A DNA stretch of 64,000 nucleotides from the human T2T-CHM13v2.0 reference genome, Homo sapiens: the NCBI RefSeq assembly GCF_009914755.1, contig NC_060942.1. One strand, given 5' to 3'. The notes below the pieces were generated by a model, which was given only the letters and a program-made list of their open reading frames with translations, made no database searches and had not been told where the DNA came from. Below, in pieces: positions 33,770 through 50,719 of the stretch (positions are counted from its first letter, which is position 1; the number at the start of each line of letters is the position of its first letter). Made by a program: the position numbers and the translations under genes.

Positions 33770-35060
33770 CAATTTCTCGGAAGAGTTGTTCATGCTTTTT
33801 CTATCTTCGCTTCCTCACCTTCCCATCACTCTTCTGCCCACTGTGACTCACTATGACCCTTTATCATTCCAAAGACTGCTCTCTCTAAGAGAGCTAACAA
33901 CCCCATTTTCTAAATCTAATTGACTATGTTTATATAAGTCCTTATAATTTTTCAGGCAATAAAGTACTCGGAATTGAGAATGCCCAGTTTCAAATTCTCA
34001 GGTAGGTTTTTTAACCCTCCAGTTGCTTGATTCCTTTATCAGTTAAAAAAATAAATGCAAGTTTTTCCCTTACAGAGGTGTGACAGGATTAAATGAGATA
34101 AAACTTATAAAGTACCTGGCACATAATAAGCCTGTGATAATGGTAGCTACAATTGTTGCTGGCATTACTAGGCCTTTCAGCAGTATGGCATAGGCCACTC
34201 CTTTCTTGGCCTCAACACCACACAGCTGAGTTTCTTCTATCTCACTGGCTCCTCCTTTTCAGATACGTTCGCTAGTCCCTCATTTAAAGTTGGAATTCAT
34301 CAAGTTTGTTCCCAGGCTCTCAGTCTTTCTCACTTTCTACTATTTAGATTGTCATTACCAGGTACCATCCTCCAGAAAACTGGAAATCTCCAAAGTCTTC
34401 CTAGTCACCTTTTCCTTTTCCCTCAGAATCCACTGTCAGCCACCTCTAATCTCTTCTCCATGCTGCAGCCAGGGGTATTCTTTCACACACAAAAAACCAC
34501 ATCGTGTCACTCTCTAGGCTTCAAACTCTTCAAGGATTCTTTGAACTTTCAGAATTAAGTTCACAAGGCCCATGAGACCCTGAAGGGGCTGCGCCTCCCT
34601 TCTTCTGCCTCACACCACCCCATGGTTTCTATTGCTATATAACAGCTTTCTTCAAGACCCTTTAATACACCATGTACCCTCTCACCAGAACTTAGTGTAC
34701 ACATTTCCTCTGCCTGAAAAGCCCTCCTCCTACTGCCTTGGCCTGCTAATTCCTGCTTATTCATCAATCTCAGCTCATTCCTCGACTTCTCAGGAAGCCT
34801 TTGCTGACTACAGTCTATCATATACATCCACTCTACAGTCTCACAGCTGCACAAATCTCTGTTGCAGTACTTACCACAGCTATAAGTTTACATGTATTTG
34901 TACAACAGACTGATGAGTATCTGTTCTTACCCCTAAGGTATACATTTCCCAGGACAGGGATTATGTCTGCCTTAACTCACCACTAAATACTTAGACTTAG
35001 CACAAAGTTGAAACACACCACAGACACATCACAGTGTTAGTAGAAGGAATGAATAGAAAA
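33770..35060 (+). mobile_element. L2 fragments with an inserted MIR (~33965-34150)
   Basis: CT-rich L2 3' sequence ending ...gaaggaatgaat; MIR ggattaaatgagataa...aagtacctggcacataataag. Confidence 0.6.
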
Positions 35061-36091
35061 AGAGATTCTCATTTGATGGAGATTTGAAGCAGGAGTGTTT
35101 GCCAACAGACTGACAATTCAGAGAGCAATAACTGAATCTATGTTCAATTGCTGATTATGATCTGGTCTGGCTATGAATAAGGGATGTTCTTGTTTTGTGA
35201 TCTTCAAGTCATTCCCGTCTTTTTGACAGTGATTTTTAATGGCAAATTAATAAACTGCTATTCTGACTTTATATGTTCATGTTCATTTACTTGGGTAGTA
35301 TGCATCTATCCCAGGAGAAGACTATTCTTACTTTGCTGGGAAGAAACAAGTTTCTACAACCACAGGCCTGAAAATGAGACCCTAGACCTTGGTTTGTCCA
35401 CCACAGTAAGTAATCTCAGCTTGTGTGGTGACCTGGAAGGCAAGATACTCCTGCCACTTTGGAAGCCATATCCCAATGATGCTATACCTTCTACAAATAG
35501 TGAAGATGGCTATTAAGGTAGCATGTTTTTAACAATGAAAATTCTGTGCTTCATATTTACAGACAATGCTACTGATCTAACTTTATCAGATTGGCTATAC
35601 ATTTTCCTCTAACAGAAGGTTTCTAGCTGAGTAATTTATAATCTCATCATTTTTTTCCCCATTGCATTTGTAAGGTTGCTGGTTAGAAGTAAAGGTAAAG
35701 TATGTGTTAACAAAAAGAAAAGGTAACTGACATACTATAGGAAACAAACCCATAACAGGAATTTTAATAGATCTGTGCTTAAATTAAGCAATACAACCAT
35801 GAAAAGCAATCACAGAAATTTAAGAGGCATGCAAATTTCAATTTACATAACAAATAATTATCCAATGTTATTTGGAAGAAGTCTTTTATTTTCACTTCAA
35901 GTTTTGTTTGTTTTGCCACAAGAGAGATTAGCTGGGCTAAAATATTTGCACTAAAAGAATTCCCCTTAGTAACTGAAATGTTTTGAAAAAGACTTTGTCA
36001 ATATTAATATTATCTCTTTTTCATAGTTTTTGTCTAACCTTCTTATAGAAGATAAAATTAAATTTGAATGTAATAAAATCGAACTGGATAC

Positions 36092-36132
36092 CTGATTGAC
36101 ATCTAGCCTCTTCCAGTTCTCCAATCTCCACT
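36092..36132 (-). CDS. PIGN: PIGN coding exon 8 (c.923-963), 41 nt
   Basis: EWRLENWKRLDVNQ; TTTCAG|AG ... CAG|GTATCC. Confidence 0.95.
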
Positions 36133-37605
36133 CTGAAAGATACAATCAGACACAAGATCTGATGTTAAGATTTAAAAAAGAATAAATCATTTGATTTTTA
36201 GGAGTGGCCAATACTTATGGAAAACATAGGTGTTAGAAATGTCTATTTTAAGCCAAGTATGAATAAAAATCATGCTTAAAGGCAAAGGTGTATTTTTTTA
36301 AAGAATTTAAAAAAAACAAAAAGTAAATATTTGGTGTTTCCTGTGATGATTTATTAAGCTTCTTAAATGTTTACTGGGAGATAATTGTTTCAAAACATCA
36401 GAGGCTGAGGAAGGAAAGATGGAAGTGAAAAAGCACAATGGTAACAACTGTCAGCATTGACAACTCATTACAATCCTGTTCTAGAGAGTTATTAAGGCAA
36501 TTCATAGGAAGTTAATTAATTCAAGCTTCTCTTTTTCTCTGTGATGGCAGTTCCTCCCAAAACACCTAAAACTGTAGTTGTGATGTTCCTGTAGTCACTA
36601 ATCACAAATGTTAACATAGTATATTGAGTTATTATTAAAATTGTCTTCAAAGATAGGCTCATTCTTCCATTTTTCTACACATAAATTCAGAAATTGCATT
36701 AAACGGAAATCTAAACAAGTGATTATGAGAGACCGTCTTGATTTAATGGCTTTAGGATACACTGCCAAAAGAGTTATAAGATATTTGTATAATAAAATTT
36801 CATTCAATAAGCTAATTACAGTTTAAAAATACGTTTCTGACTCTACCAAAAATTCACACTAATCAGTTGATGAAAAAATGCCCATTCCTTTTCTCTAAAA
36901 TGTATGATATTTAATATTCATATGAGAAAAAATACATTTCTGATGATTCTTGAAATCATGTGATTCTAAAACGTCAATTCAACATGAAATCAAATGCCAA
37001 AATAAAGTTAAATCTCATAAATACAAACATACTATTTACCCTACTTTCTATTTTGATCCAATCTAATCCATTTACCACAGAGCAGTCAGAAAGGTAGCTC
37101 CTATGGCAAACTGGAATGTTGGCAATGCTCTAACAGGCTTTAATGATAGAGCACTGCACTCGGAACATACTTCATGCTCTCCTTACCCAGGATTTGGTGC
37201 CTCAAATGATCTACCTCTTGTTTACCTCTCCAACTCTCAACTCATTGTACTCTGCTCCCAGCTGACAGTGCTCAGCCACATCAGCCTTCCAATTCTGTTC
37301 CTCAAACAAGCTACGCTCTTTCTATTTTTAGCCTCTTCATTTGCTATTCCCTCTGCCTGGAACACTCCTGCCCTAACCTTCATATGAATGGCTCCCTCTT
37401 ATCCTAACTGTGAAAAGATGTTCTATTAGCCCACTCTATAAAATGTATCCTGCTCCATAAGGGAAACTTCTAGGGTATAAATGTATGGTGAATCTGGATG
37501 GAGACTACATGGTATATATATGCAGGTAAAATTCATAAAGCTATACATTTAAAACCAATGCATTTTGCCTCCTTTGCCAAATATCTTAATAAAAATGTGG
37601 CAGAC

Positions 37606-37785
37606 TGAGTCAGGCATGGTACACACCTGTGGTTCCAGCGACTTGGGAGGCTGGGGCAGGAAGATTGCTTGAGCCCAGGAGTTCCAGGCTGTAGTGAGCT
37701 ACGACTGGCCTGTGAACCTGTGAACAGCTACTACATTCCAGCCCATTCCATTCCTTTAGAGACACGGCAAGAACCTGTCTCTAAG
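37606..37785 (+). mobile_element. Degenerate Alu monomer (FRAM/FAM-like)
   Basis: cacctgtggttccagcgacttgggaggctg...ttgagcccaggagttccaggctg. Confidence 0.75.
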
Positions 37786-38648
37786 GAAACTGGCGGGGGG
37801 GGGGGCAGGGTGGAGAAAGGAGCCCGGTCCTACCTCCTCTTTTATCATATCACCCTAATTTTCTTCATAAAATTATCATAATGTGTAAGTTTTGTTTATA
37901 GTTGCTTTAATTCTCCTACTAGAATGTTAAGTTCTGAGAAAGCAGGGGCTATCTCAAAGATATGTAGTAGATGAAAAAAAGAGTCCACTAGCTTCTTTTT
38001 CTTTCATGCTTAAATAAATCTGGAAATAATCATGGCAGTGTACTGGTTACACTGTTCTGGCCTTTTGTCAATGTCTCCCCTGTGGACCTGTGATGTGGCA
38101 TGATGCTCTCCATTAGCACTTACAAATATATAAGAAATCGCCCTCTGAAAAATGCACCATTACTTACTGAAGACATGCTGTTGAGTGCATTATTCACTGT
38201 GCTCTTCTGTCTTCATTAGGGCCTGGGGTTGAAATAGCTCAGTACTACCTCTTGCTTTTTATCTAATAGAAATATCTTGTAGGTAGTGTGATTTTATAAC
38301 TGACAGCATGTACTTTGTTTGGGTTGAAAAATCTCAAAAACTGATTATTTACCTCTATGAAACCTTAAATTTCCTCTTTTTTAATTTTTATTTACTCTAC
38401 CTCACATTCAAATTAATAAATTAATAAAAGAACATCAAAAGTTCAGTTTATCAGTTTAGACATTCAGAAAGTCTAGTTATTAGCAGTGGTGTGCTGGGAA
38501 GGGTTCAACAAATGGCTCTGTGAGAAGAGAGAAGCCAACAACCCCTTGTAGTGTTTGTATAGAAATAGTAATGGCACAAATGTCAAAATGAGGGATTTAC
38601 AACTAAAATTTGAAGAGTGATTTCTTAAAAATTTAAACTTTGTTCTTA

Positions 38649-38852
<204 letters not shown>

Positions 38853-39752
38853 CTAACTTACAACTAAATATTTTTTAAAATAGTTTGTTTTAAAGAGTTG
38901 ATCCATATATAGTTAATTCTAGTGACTACATTACCAAATGGTTACAACCTTTTATGGCAATTAGTTTGACAATATTCCTATAAAGCAAGTTAGAGAAACA
39001 ACAACAAACAGGCATAAAGTAAAACAAAAAACCAGACTGCCTGCTGAGTAACTATGGTTGAAAGAATAGAAATAATAACAATAAGACATGGAAGAAATGT
39101 TGCTGCTGCCAGAGCAGCACTGCAGACAGAAAGAACAGAGAGCTCCCTTGGGCAGTAACCACCCAAGCTTGGGGCAAGCAGTAGAGACTAAGTCTTTCTG
39201 GAGAAGATGGCAAGGTCTCTGGGTCCTTTTCTTCCAGGCCACTCTGGCAGGTAGAGCCAAAAGAAGTCCTTTATAAAGTGGAACTCAAATCACTAGAAAT
39301 CCATATTGTGATTTGGGGACAAATCTCATCTTTGCTTTATTTTGTTCTCTGTGCACACATTGCATTTGCCTTGGGAATCTCACAGGGCGCACAGGCTTAC
39401 CCGGGACAGAATTTCAGCAGCCCTCGGTCCCTCAGTAACACCATCTTAACGTCACTCCCTTTGCCATCATATACAGTTAATTCTCTGTAGATAAATAATA
39501 GCTACTTTTTATTTTCTTCTCCACTTTTCTCTAGTTTGTCATTTGTAAATGAGAATATATTCGTTTTTTAGTTAGAGAAAATATTTTTTTATAAGATCAG
39601 TTGTTTTTTAGGCTAACATTTTAAGCACAGAATTATGTGCTAGACATTTTGTATACAGCAAGACATCTAATCCTCTCAACATCATAAAATATTTACCAGC
39701 TACATTTATCACTACTTTAATTGTAAGGTACATATCAATTAAAGACACACTA

Positions 39753-39917
<165 letters not shown>

Positions 39918-40997
39918 TTAATTTGGAGAAATCAAATTTATTCAACGTGGATTCATTACATTCAAAATCAGTAACTTCTGAAATGCTTTTAGATTTCATC
40001 TTTAATATTTTAAAATCAGAGTACTCTAGATTGTTAAAATAATTTTTTTCTCCTTTTAATGAAGCTAAATAACCTGAAATAGTTTTCAAAGATGGCTTAA
40101 AAGGAGGGGAATGATTAACAAATATATTTTAATAAACCCTTTTTAGGTCCTAAATGAGATAGATGACGTTCATGTCTCTCACTCTTACTACATAAACTAA
40201 ACTGTTTGGCCACATTAAAAGTATCATTTCAAGTATAGAATATTTTCATTCCCTAAAGTGCTTTTGATATAAAATATAATATCACGTTTTGAACACATTA
40301 TATTTAAGACTGCCACACAACTCAACAAGGTTCATTCGATATGAATATTCCATCAATTACAGCAGTGCATCACGTTTAAGAAGGGGATTGTGAGGTATTC
40401 ATCACTGGCAGCTAACCCAATAGGCTTTACAGCCACTGTTAGGCTAATTTAAACCAAATGCAAAGTCAGAAATAAGAGTATAACATGGTATCTTCCTTTT
40501 ACTTATGGTCTTCAAAAGTGAGAAAAATACTTGCTGTTATATATAAGGAGTGTTATTGAATTATGGTATACAAAAATGTATACAATTTATTTGCTAGATA
40601 CAATACTAATTAAAGGGAATACACAAGGAATAAATAATTACATCTTTTGGTGATATAAAAGTTAATACCATAAAATGCTTTATATTTTCAAGATTCACTG
40701 AAAATATTTCTAAAATATATAGATATTTTAGATAATTTTTTTCTCTGCTTCAGTAAATGAAGATTATGTAATATGTACAGGATATATTTTACTTATATTA
40801 ATGTGCCATCTGGATACAGCACATATGATTTAAACCACTATATTGGAAATCTCATATAATTGAGAACTTAATAAACATTACAGTAGTTGTTTAAAATATT
40901 AGCTCTGTTGTTATAATTCCAAAGAAAACTTTATAATAAAAAGTTCAATAGAATAGCTGTTGCCCTAAAAAATACAATTAAACACAATATTAAATTA

Positions 40998-41123
<126 letters not shown>

Positions 41124-42731
41124 CTACATATAACAAATGAGTTAAAAATATTTAGTTCATTTGTTTTATTTTAAAAATAATACTGATGAAAACATTTAAA
41201 TTTATGCATAAGTACAAAATTAAATTATCTCACGTTGTTTAAATCTGTGCTCAAGACCTACCAACACAACGTCTTTGCTATCAGTTCAGACATCTATGTT
41301 CAAATAATGAGTTAGCTGTTTTCTCTGTTATAATAAGGCCAAAAAAAGATGTTAGAAAGGGGATCATAATTTCATAGAGATCTCATAATGTTGTTAATCC
41401 CACATCTAACTTAATAAAATACAGCAGATTGAACACATATTTTGGCAAGAGTCAAAAATAATATAGTAATACTGTTACCAGTTTAAGAATAATTTATTTT
41501 TTTAAATATTTCAGAACTGGACCACTTTTCATTGTCCTGTGTACTATCAACCTAGTCCAACCGTAATCTCTAATGTAGAACATTGCAAATAGCCTCCTAA
41601 TTACTTCCTTTGCCCCAGCTAGAATGTGTTCTTCAAATCATGTAACAGAAAAGCAACCAATTAATAAAATACTACTTGGCAGGGTGAGGCTGGGAATAAT
41701 TAATTAAAATAAAATTTGAAGATTATTATGCTAATTAAATAATGATAAACTAGATTCATAAACCCTTCTAAGGCAAATGATTCACCCTGTATTCACATAT
41801 GCATGAACATGGGTGCAAAACTATGAAGACTACTTTTAAATTGTTTTAAATAAGTTAACAGGCTATCCAAGATACATCTTTGTTGTTCACATAAATGCCT
41901 TTAACTGTAGAAGATGTTAACTTTTAACAAGATATGTTTAACTTTTCAACAAAAGTCTGAAGTATTTGAGTATTTTTTTCAAATAACTCTTCACTACTAT
42001 GTTAAAAAACACAAATGGTGCAATTAGAGAAACTATTCAAGAATAGAAATAAATTAATACAATATATAACCTATCATCCTTCTCAAAAGTATAAAATTGC
42101 CCCCTAACTTTCATATACATTCTACTTAACCCCTAAGAAAATTTAAATCTAGATAAAAACAATAAGCTCTTTAAGAGAAAAGAATTAAAAGTTAAACACA
42201 TAATTGAGAGCTGAAAACAAAAAAACTGAGCAAATGACTTGAATTACATCTATAATTTGTTCTATGGCTGGTACAATATATTCAGCTATGTAATCCTTTC
42301 TGGCAGCTAGATGTGCCTATCCTATCCTTTCTTGCAGCTAGATGTGCCTTTGTGGTTTTGGCCAATGAGATTTAAGTCAAACATTTCAGTCATAAAGCTA
42401 TGTGGATCTAAGGCTTTTTGAAATAAATATAATTCAGTAGGAAAGAAGGTCCTTTTTTATTCTTCATATTTTTGACCTATAACACTAACATAAGGGCGGG
42501 AACTCCAGGATTATCTTGGGTCATGACATAACTTTGAAGATAAAACTCATGCCCTGAAGTTAGAGGAAAACTTTAGGAGACTAAGTGTCAGTGATACTGT
42601 AGAACCACTATAGCATCCTGGACTGCATCAATGCTCAGCTGCCTACTGCCAGCATTATCTTTACTAAGATAGAAGTAAACTTTTAAGTTATTTTTTTCCA
42701 TATTACACAGGTATGATCTAATCTAAGTTAA

Positions 42732-43068
<337 letters not shown>

Positions 43069-43426
43069 TCTGATAGGGTTTAAAGTTAACAGTGTGAAAA
43101 AGTCAGTATCTGTGCCAACAAGACGTATATTGAAGGGGAATATGTCAATGTATGAACAGTTATAGTATAGCACAATAAAGTATTAAGGGAATATAGAGGA
43201 GGGTTATCTAAGTCGAACTGGAAATAGGGCAAAGCAAAGAGAAGTCACAGAAGACCTAATAGAGAAGAAGATGCATGAACTGAGTTTTTTAAAGTAAATA
43301 GATTCAACCCAGGCGAACCTTTGAGGCCATTATACTAAGTGAAATAAGCCAATCACAAAAAGACATAGACTGTATGATTCCAGTTATGATATAAGGTGCC
43401 TAGAGTAGTCAAATGCATAGAAATAG

Positions 43427-43785
<359 letters not shown>

Positions 43786-43976
43786 GGAGTTATTGTTTAA
43801 TGGGTACAGAGTTTGTTTTGCAAGATGAAATATTCTAGAGATTATTAGCTGCATAACAACATGAACATACTTAACACTACTAAATTACAGATGCTCCTCA
43901 CTTGCAATGGGGTTATATCCCAATAAACCCATCCTAAATTGAAACTATTGTAGGTCAAAAATGCATGTAATATACC

Positions 43977-44632
43977 TGTTACAGGTAGTTAGACAGGCAT
44001 GAGTGGGGCAAGGGAGGGGTCTTCCCCGACCACTAGGAATGTCGGGTGATGATTCAGCAATTATCACACTGCCTCTCTAAAAGTGGTAGATTGGCAGCTG
44101 GCACCAGGGAGAGGCCATTTCCTGATGGTCTACACTTGCTGCACTAAAGTGTTAACTGAATGCAAGCACCAGAGAGATGCAACTTCTCAGGTATGTGCAT
44201 TAATAGACCAAATGGCATAGTATGCCTGTCAGGGGGCACTCCACCAGAAAAGGAAAGAAAGCCTCGGATAGGTATGTGTACAACTTTCTAAACACACTAT
44301 GCATGCTCACCTCCCAAGGTTAAGGAGGGCACTGTGCATGCGGGCGCCCCACCCTAAGGGAAGAATCATGGAAAGCGGCCAGCCTATAAAGTCCTAGGAT
44401 CAAGATTAAACACTGCACTTGACCTCGCTGCTCACTTGGGACTCTTCTAGGCATACTTTCCTTTCTTTCCCGTTCTAAAGTTTTTGTAAATAAACTTCCA
44501 TTGCTGCCTTGGTCTCTTCTTCTGCCTTATGACCCCCAGTCGAAGTTTTTCTTCTGGGGAGGTAAGAATTGAGGTTGCTGCAGATCCTTACAGATTTGTT
44601 GCCGGTAATTCAGATACCTTGTGCCAGTAACA
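43977..44632 (+). mobile_element. ERV1 solo LTR, MER50-like
   Basis: TG...CA ends; 4-bp TSD tacc; TATA-like cctataaa; aataaa. Confidence 0.8.
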
Positions 44633-44671
44633 TACCTAACCTACCAAACATCATAGCTTAGCCTGGCCTAC

Positions 44672-45321
44672 TGTCAACGAAGAGTCACACTCTATAAAAT
44701 ATTTGAAGAGATTTATTCTGAGCCAAATATGAGTGGCCATGGCCCATGACACAGTGCTCAGGAGATCTTGAGAATATTTGCTCAAGGTGGTCGGGGTGCA
44801 GCCTGGTTTTATACATTTTGGGGAGACATGAGACTTCAACCAAATATATTTAAGGAATACATTGGTTTGGTCCAGAAAGGCAGGACAACTCAAAGTGGGG
44901 ATTGGGGGGAAATTTAAAAATTTTCCGGTTGGCAATTGGTTGAGTTTCTCTAAAGACTTGGGATCAAAAGAAAGGAATGTCTGGGTTAAGATAAGAGATT
45001 GTGGAATCCAAAGTTCTTATTTGCAGAGGAACCCTTCAGATAGTAGGCTTCAGAGAGAATAGGTTGTAAAATGTTTCTTTTTTTTTTAATTTTATTATTA
45101 TTATACTTTAAGTTTTAGGGTACATGTTTCTTATTAGACTTTAAGGTCTGTGTTGACGTTAATGCCAGAGAGGTATAATGAGGCATGTCCAACACCCACT
45201 TCCCCTTATGGCCTGAATCAGTCTCTCAGGTTACATTTTAAAAGCGCCCTGGCTGAGAAAGTCCATTGAGATAGTTGGGGGGTTGGGGGAGAGGTGCTTA
45301 GAATTTTATTTTTGGTTTACA
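44672..45321 (-). mobile_element. MER4A-type ERV1 solo LTR
   Basis: Minus strand begins TGTAAACCAAAAATAAAATTCTAAG; 4-bp TSD ctac. Confidence 0.88.
45080..45123 (-). mobile_element. ~44-bp young L1PA 3' end inside MER4A
   Basis: Reverse of GTACCCTAAAACTTAAAGTATAATAATAATAAAA; TSD atgtttctt. Confidence 0.85.
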
Positions 45322-47284
45322 CTACCTTCAACATGCTCAGAACATTTACATTAGTCTACAGTTGGGCAAAATCATCTAACATAAAGCCTATTTTTTAATA
45401 AAGTGTTGATAATGTGAAATAAGTGAGATAATAATTACAATCTCATGTAATTTTTGAATACTATACTGAAAGTAAAAAACAAAATGGTTGTATGGATACT
45501 CAATGTCCGGTTTATACTAAATATGTATTGCTTTTGCACTGGTGGAAAGTCAAAAGAATCATAAGTTAAACCATTGTTAAGCTGGGGACTGTCTGCAAAC
45601 ACTTAAAATGCTTAAGACAGTAAATTCTGTATTTTGCATATATATACATATATATATTTTTTTTAACCACAGTTACAAAAAAACAGGTGAGTAGAAAACT
45701 GCATGGATCTGGAAACTGTTTGGCTTGAATTAAACATGAGTCTCTAGCCAGGACATGAAGTTCGAGTAAAACCCTTACCTCACTCTCTAGCCTCTTCTGA
45801 GACCTGGCTCCCAGGCAGTCCTCCTGCCACACTAACCTCCCTTCTTTCTCACTTCCTCAGATCCATTATGCTGGCTCTTGACCAAGATTTACATAATGCT
45901 GTTGGCCTGCAATACCTTTCCATACCAATCCATCCCTATCCATTTCTTTGTCTCCTGTACCTGCTCAGAGATTATCTCAAACCTCTTAGCCTTCCCCTAA
46001 CTACCCAGCACAGATTAGAATTTTCTGAAGATATATTCTTGGTCTGTATTTTTCCTTCACATCACTTACCAATGCTGATGACTTCATATTTTCATTATAA
46101 CTTGGTTAATATATATCTACCATATTTTATGAAGTCATGTGCAAATCTTTTTTTCTGTTCACTACCGTGTCAAGACTAGTAGTGTTGAAATAAAGAAAGG
46201 AAGAAAGACATGAAAATCAGGCCAGCTACCAGCTATGTATGTACATTCACAAGGAATCAATTCCATGATTTTGGAGGGATTTTAGCTACACATATGAAAT
46301 TAGAAGCCAAAGGCTTTCATGCAGATATTAATATTAGCACATTAAGTTAAGAAGTGATGATTAGCAAAATAATTTGCTAATCATTTTCTTACACAGATTT
46401 TATTTAAGTTGAAAGTTTTCCCTGTTGACAAAAGTATATATTAAAAGTAAAAAGAAAATTTCAAGGGAAAAACCCTTGGAAAAAAATAGGGTTTAGCAAT
46501 GAATTTTAGAGCACTTAATTTCTGCTAAGCAAATACAAAGAAAAAGGCAGATATATACTAAGGAGTACATTTACAAACAAACAAAAATGGCTATATCATG
46601 GAGAAGTCCACAAAGTCAGTTCAAAAGACATTACTAGAAAAAAGAAGTATCAATCAAAGCTTCTTATAATGGATGAATTATGAGTTGTTATTTGGAGATG
46701 AGGAATAATGCACTGGTAAAAGAAGAGAGCCAATGTCCACAATTGAGATTTTCACACACTTTTTGAGAATATAAATTATATCGTATTCCTCATGAAACTA
46801 TGATAATTGTCATTATAAAATGTTCAAAAAACTAGTACTTAAAGGAACCATAGATTTTTATTATGATCAATTTGCTAATTTGTTTTTGCCTATATAATCT
46901 GCTTATCTAATTTTTCTTTAAAGTATTTTTTAAAAAATCATCCACTTTGTTATTATAAATGTATTACATTTGAACAGCATTTTCCCAAAGGCTTTCCTAC
47001 ATCTCATATGGTCCATTACTACAAGAGTCTGATTCCATGGTCAATGAAAGATCAAAATTTACCCAGGATGAATCACAAACTAGAAACGAAAAACAGGTTT
47101 CCTAAATCCTAATCTAGGGCTCATTTTACTAATAGAAACAAAGGAGTTTAAAACTTCTCTTATTTATTTAGAATGTGTAATTTTTTAGAATTAAATCTTA
47201 GAATTCAGAACAGTGTGCTACAACATAGAACTTTCAAAGCTCATGAAAACAGAAAAAACGTGGGATACAGTCTCCAATACTTCA

Positions 47285-47467
<183 letters not shown>

Positions 47468-47915
47468 TTACAAAATCTTTTAAACTATCATAAAATATGA
47501 ACTAGTCATTCACAGATTTTTGTGAGTAACCAGAATTTTCACAAAGCATTGTTCATTATGATGGGGAAGAGAAAAATGGGAGGAATAATTAACATTTATT
47601 TATGTTATGTGTTATGGACCATGCTACATACTTTAATGTATTCTATTGCTTTTTGTCCTCAAAAATAACATATTTTAATTTCGCAGATTCATTATATGTT
47701 AATTAACACACCAAAATCACAACTCTAATAAGCAATATAACAAAAATAAGCACAATATTTGTCTCCCTTTAAGGATTAAACTATTCAAAACATGTGTGCC
47801 CCTTAGAATGCTACAATCTAAAATAGATGATGTGTGTTGTACAAACCTTCTTAACATAAGAAGAAAATTCCGATATTTCACTTCTCTTATTCATAAACTA
47901 TGAGTATTTTTCTCA

Positions 47916-48521
<606 letters not shown>

Positions 48522-49122
48522 CTATCTCTAATTAATTATTTGTCCTCTCCCATCCATTGTAGCCAGAAATAGGAATGTTAGTTTGATAAGCCATAGCAAC
48601 TGAATCCACCCTTACCACTACCAGCTCCCAAAAAAACGAAACTGCTTTCCAAAGAAGGCAATATATAAATGGCAAACAGTTTGGGGCTTTTTGGTCCGCC
48701 CAGTATAATAATGTTCTATGACTATCATCTGTAAAATTCTCAATATATATTTTGCTTCCTGGACACATAATAATCTTCAATAGTTCCCATTATTTTAATT
48801 ACACTCATGACTAAGTATGTTACAAATCCTTTCTGATAAGTGAAATGATCAATCTTTCTGCTCCCACTTAAAAGCATTTAATGACATGAAATTCATCCAA
48901 CTGATTTTAGAAAATAATATAAATGAATTTTCTAATTAAGAGATGTCCCAGTATTTGCAGAATCATGCATATAAACAATAAATCTAAATGCTACATTCAG
49001 TATATTAAATATCAATTTAAATAAATTATATGTTAAATGCCATATATATCAAATGCCAGAATATATGGCATCTTCGATGTATTAAAATAGGAATTATAAC
49101 TATATATTTTAACACTTAAATA

Positions 49123-49414
49123 TTTTTTTTGAGATAGGGTGTTGCTCTGTTGCCCAGGCTGGAGTGCAGTGGCATAATCATGGCTCACTGCAGCCTCAAC
49201 ATCCCAGGCTCTCAAGCACTCTTCCCACCTCAGCCACCTGAGTAGTTGGGACTACAGGCACATGCCACCACACTCAGCTAATTTTCTGTTTGTTGTAGAG
49301 ATGTGGGTCTCACCTTGTTGCCCAGACTGGTCTCCAACTCCTGAGCTCAAGTGATCCACCTGCCTCAGCCTCCCAAAATGCTGAGATTACAGGTGTGAGC
49401 CACTGTGCCCAGCC
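49123..49414 (-). mobile_element. AluJ
   Basis: Reverse Alu with J diagnostics (cactgcagcctcaac). Confidence 0.92.
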
Positions 49415-49912
49415 AATGTTTAAATCTTTATATGAATAGCTACTAACTTTTAAAATAATTTACCAAAGTATAATGAACCACACCTCAACATCATCATTTA
49501 TAATCAAGTTATGTGAAAAGTGCTATGCTAAATATTTCACATGAATTACATAATTTAATTATAAAAATAAATCTATGAGACAGAAACTAATATTATCACA
49601 TTTTATGAAAAGGAAATTGAAGCTCAGAGAGGTTATATAAATTGCTCAAGATTATATAGCTGTTAAGCGATAGTGCTATATACCACTTAATTGAATCCAA
49701 AATACTATCTAACTGTATGATGTGCCAATATCTCAAGTATAACTAAGAAGGAAAAAAAATTACTGTAATTAAACATCCCTATTTCAGAAATGTTAAAAAT
49801 GTAAAAATATGTGTAAAAATCAACACATACATTACATACATAAAAATAGAAAACTACCATATTGACTTACTCCCTATTTACTATCTGAGGAAACATAATC
49901 AGTGACTCTTAC

Positions 49913-50011
49913 CTTTGGCAAACATAGGCAGGATATCTGGGCTTCCCCAGCTCCATGTGTATTTACTTTCATTAAAAAGAGAATCAAACTCTACAGGATT
50001 TTCCTTCCATC
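49913..50011 (-). CDS. PIGN: PIGN coding exon 3 (c.344-442)
   Basis: [33 protein letters not shown]; CTGAAG|GA ... AAG|GTAAGA. Confidence 0.97.
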
Positions 50012-50441
50012 CTTCAGAAAGCAAGCAAGCAGTAATAGTTTTATACACATGGTACAATAAGCCCCTAAAGAACTATTCTTCAAATAATAACAATTACATT
50101 AGTCAGTGAATAAATGCAAAACTAATAGATTTTATATTATGCATATTATACCACTATTTAAAAAAAAACTAACAATAGATAATTTACTTCTTAATGAAAT
50201 ATAAAATTATTTTTGAACTTTCAAGAGTAATATCTAGGAAAATTATGCTTCCATCCAACCCAAATTCTTTCAATAACACAGGATAATGAAATACTAAAGC
50301 TTCAATTCTGGAGTCAGTACCAGTGGGTATTCATGTCAGCAAAGCATGCTAAAACATTTGTCCAAAATATCTCAAAACATACCTTCACTTTGTGACATGA
50401 TTAAGTGGTAAAGGACTAATATTTACTTGACAAATTTTTCA

Positions 50442-50642
<201 letters not shown>

Positions 50643-50719
50643 TCACATAAAGCTTTAGACACATAAGATTATTACAGAAGGAATCAAAAGCAAAAAACTT
50701 AAGTCAAAACTTAAGAAGG

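Larger units (their letters stand above)
43888..45595 (+). mobile_element. MER47A-like MITE split into three pieces by two LTRs
   Basis: Pieces 43888-43976, 44633-44671 and 45322-45595 join colinearly and match 19952-20277. Confidence 0.88.
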
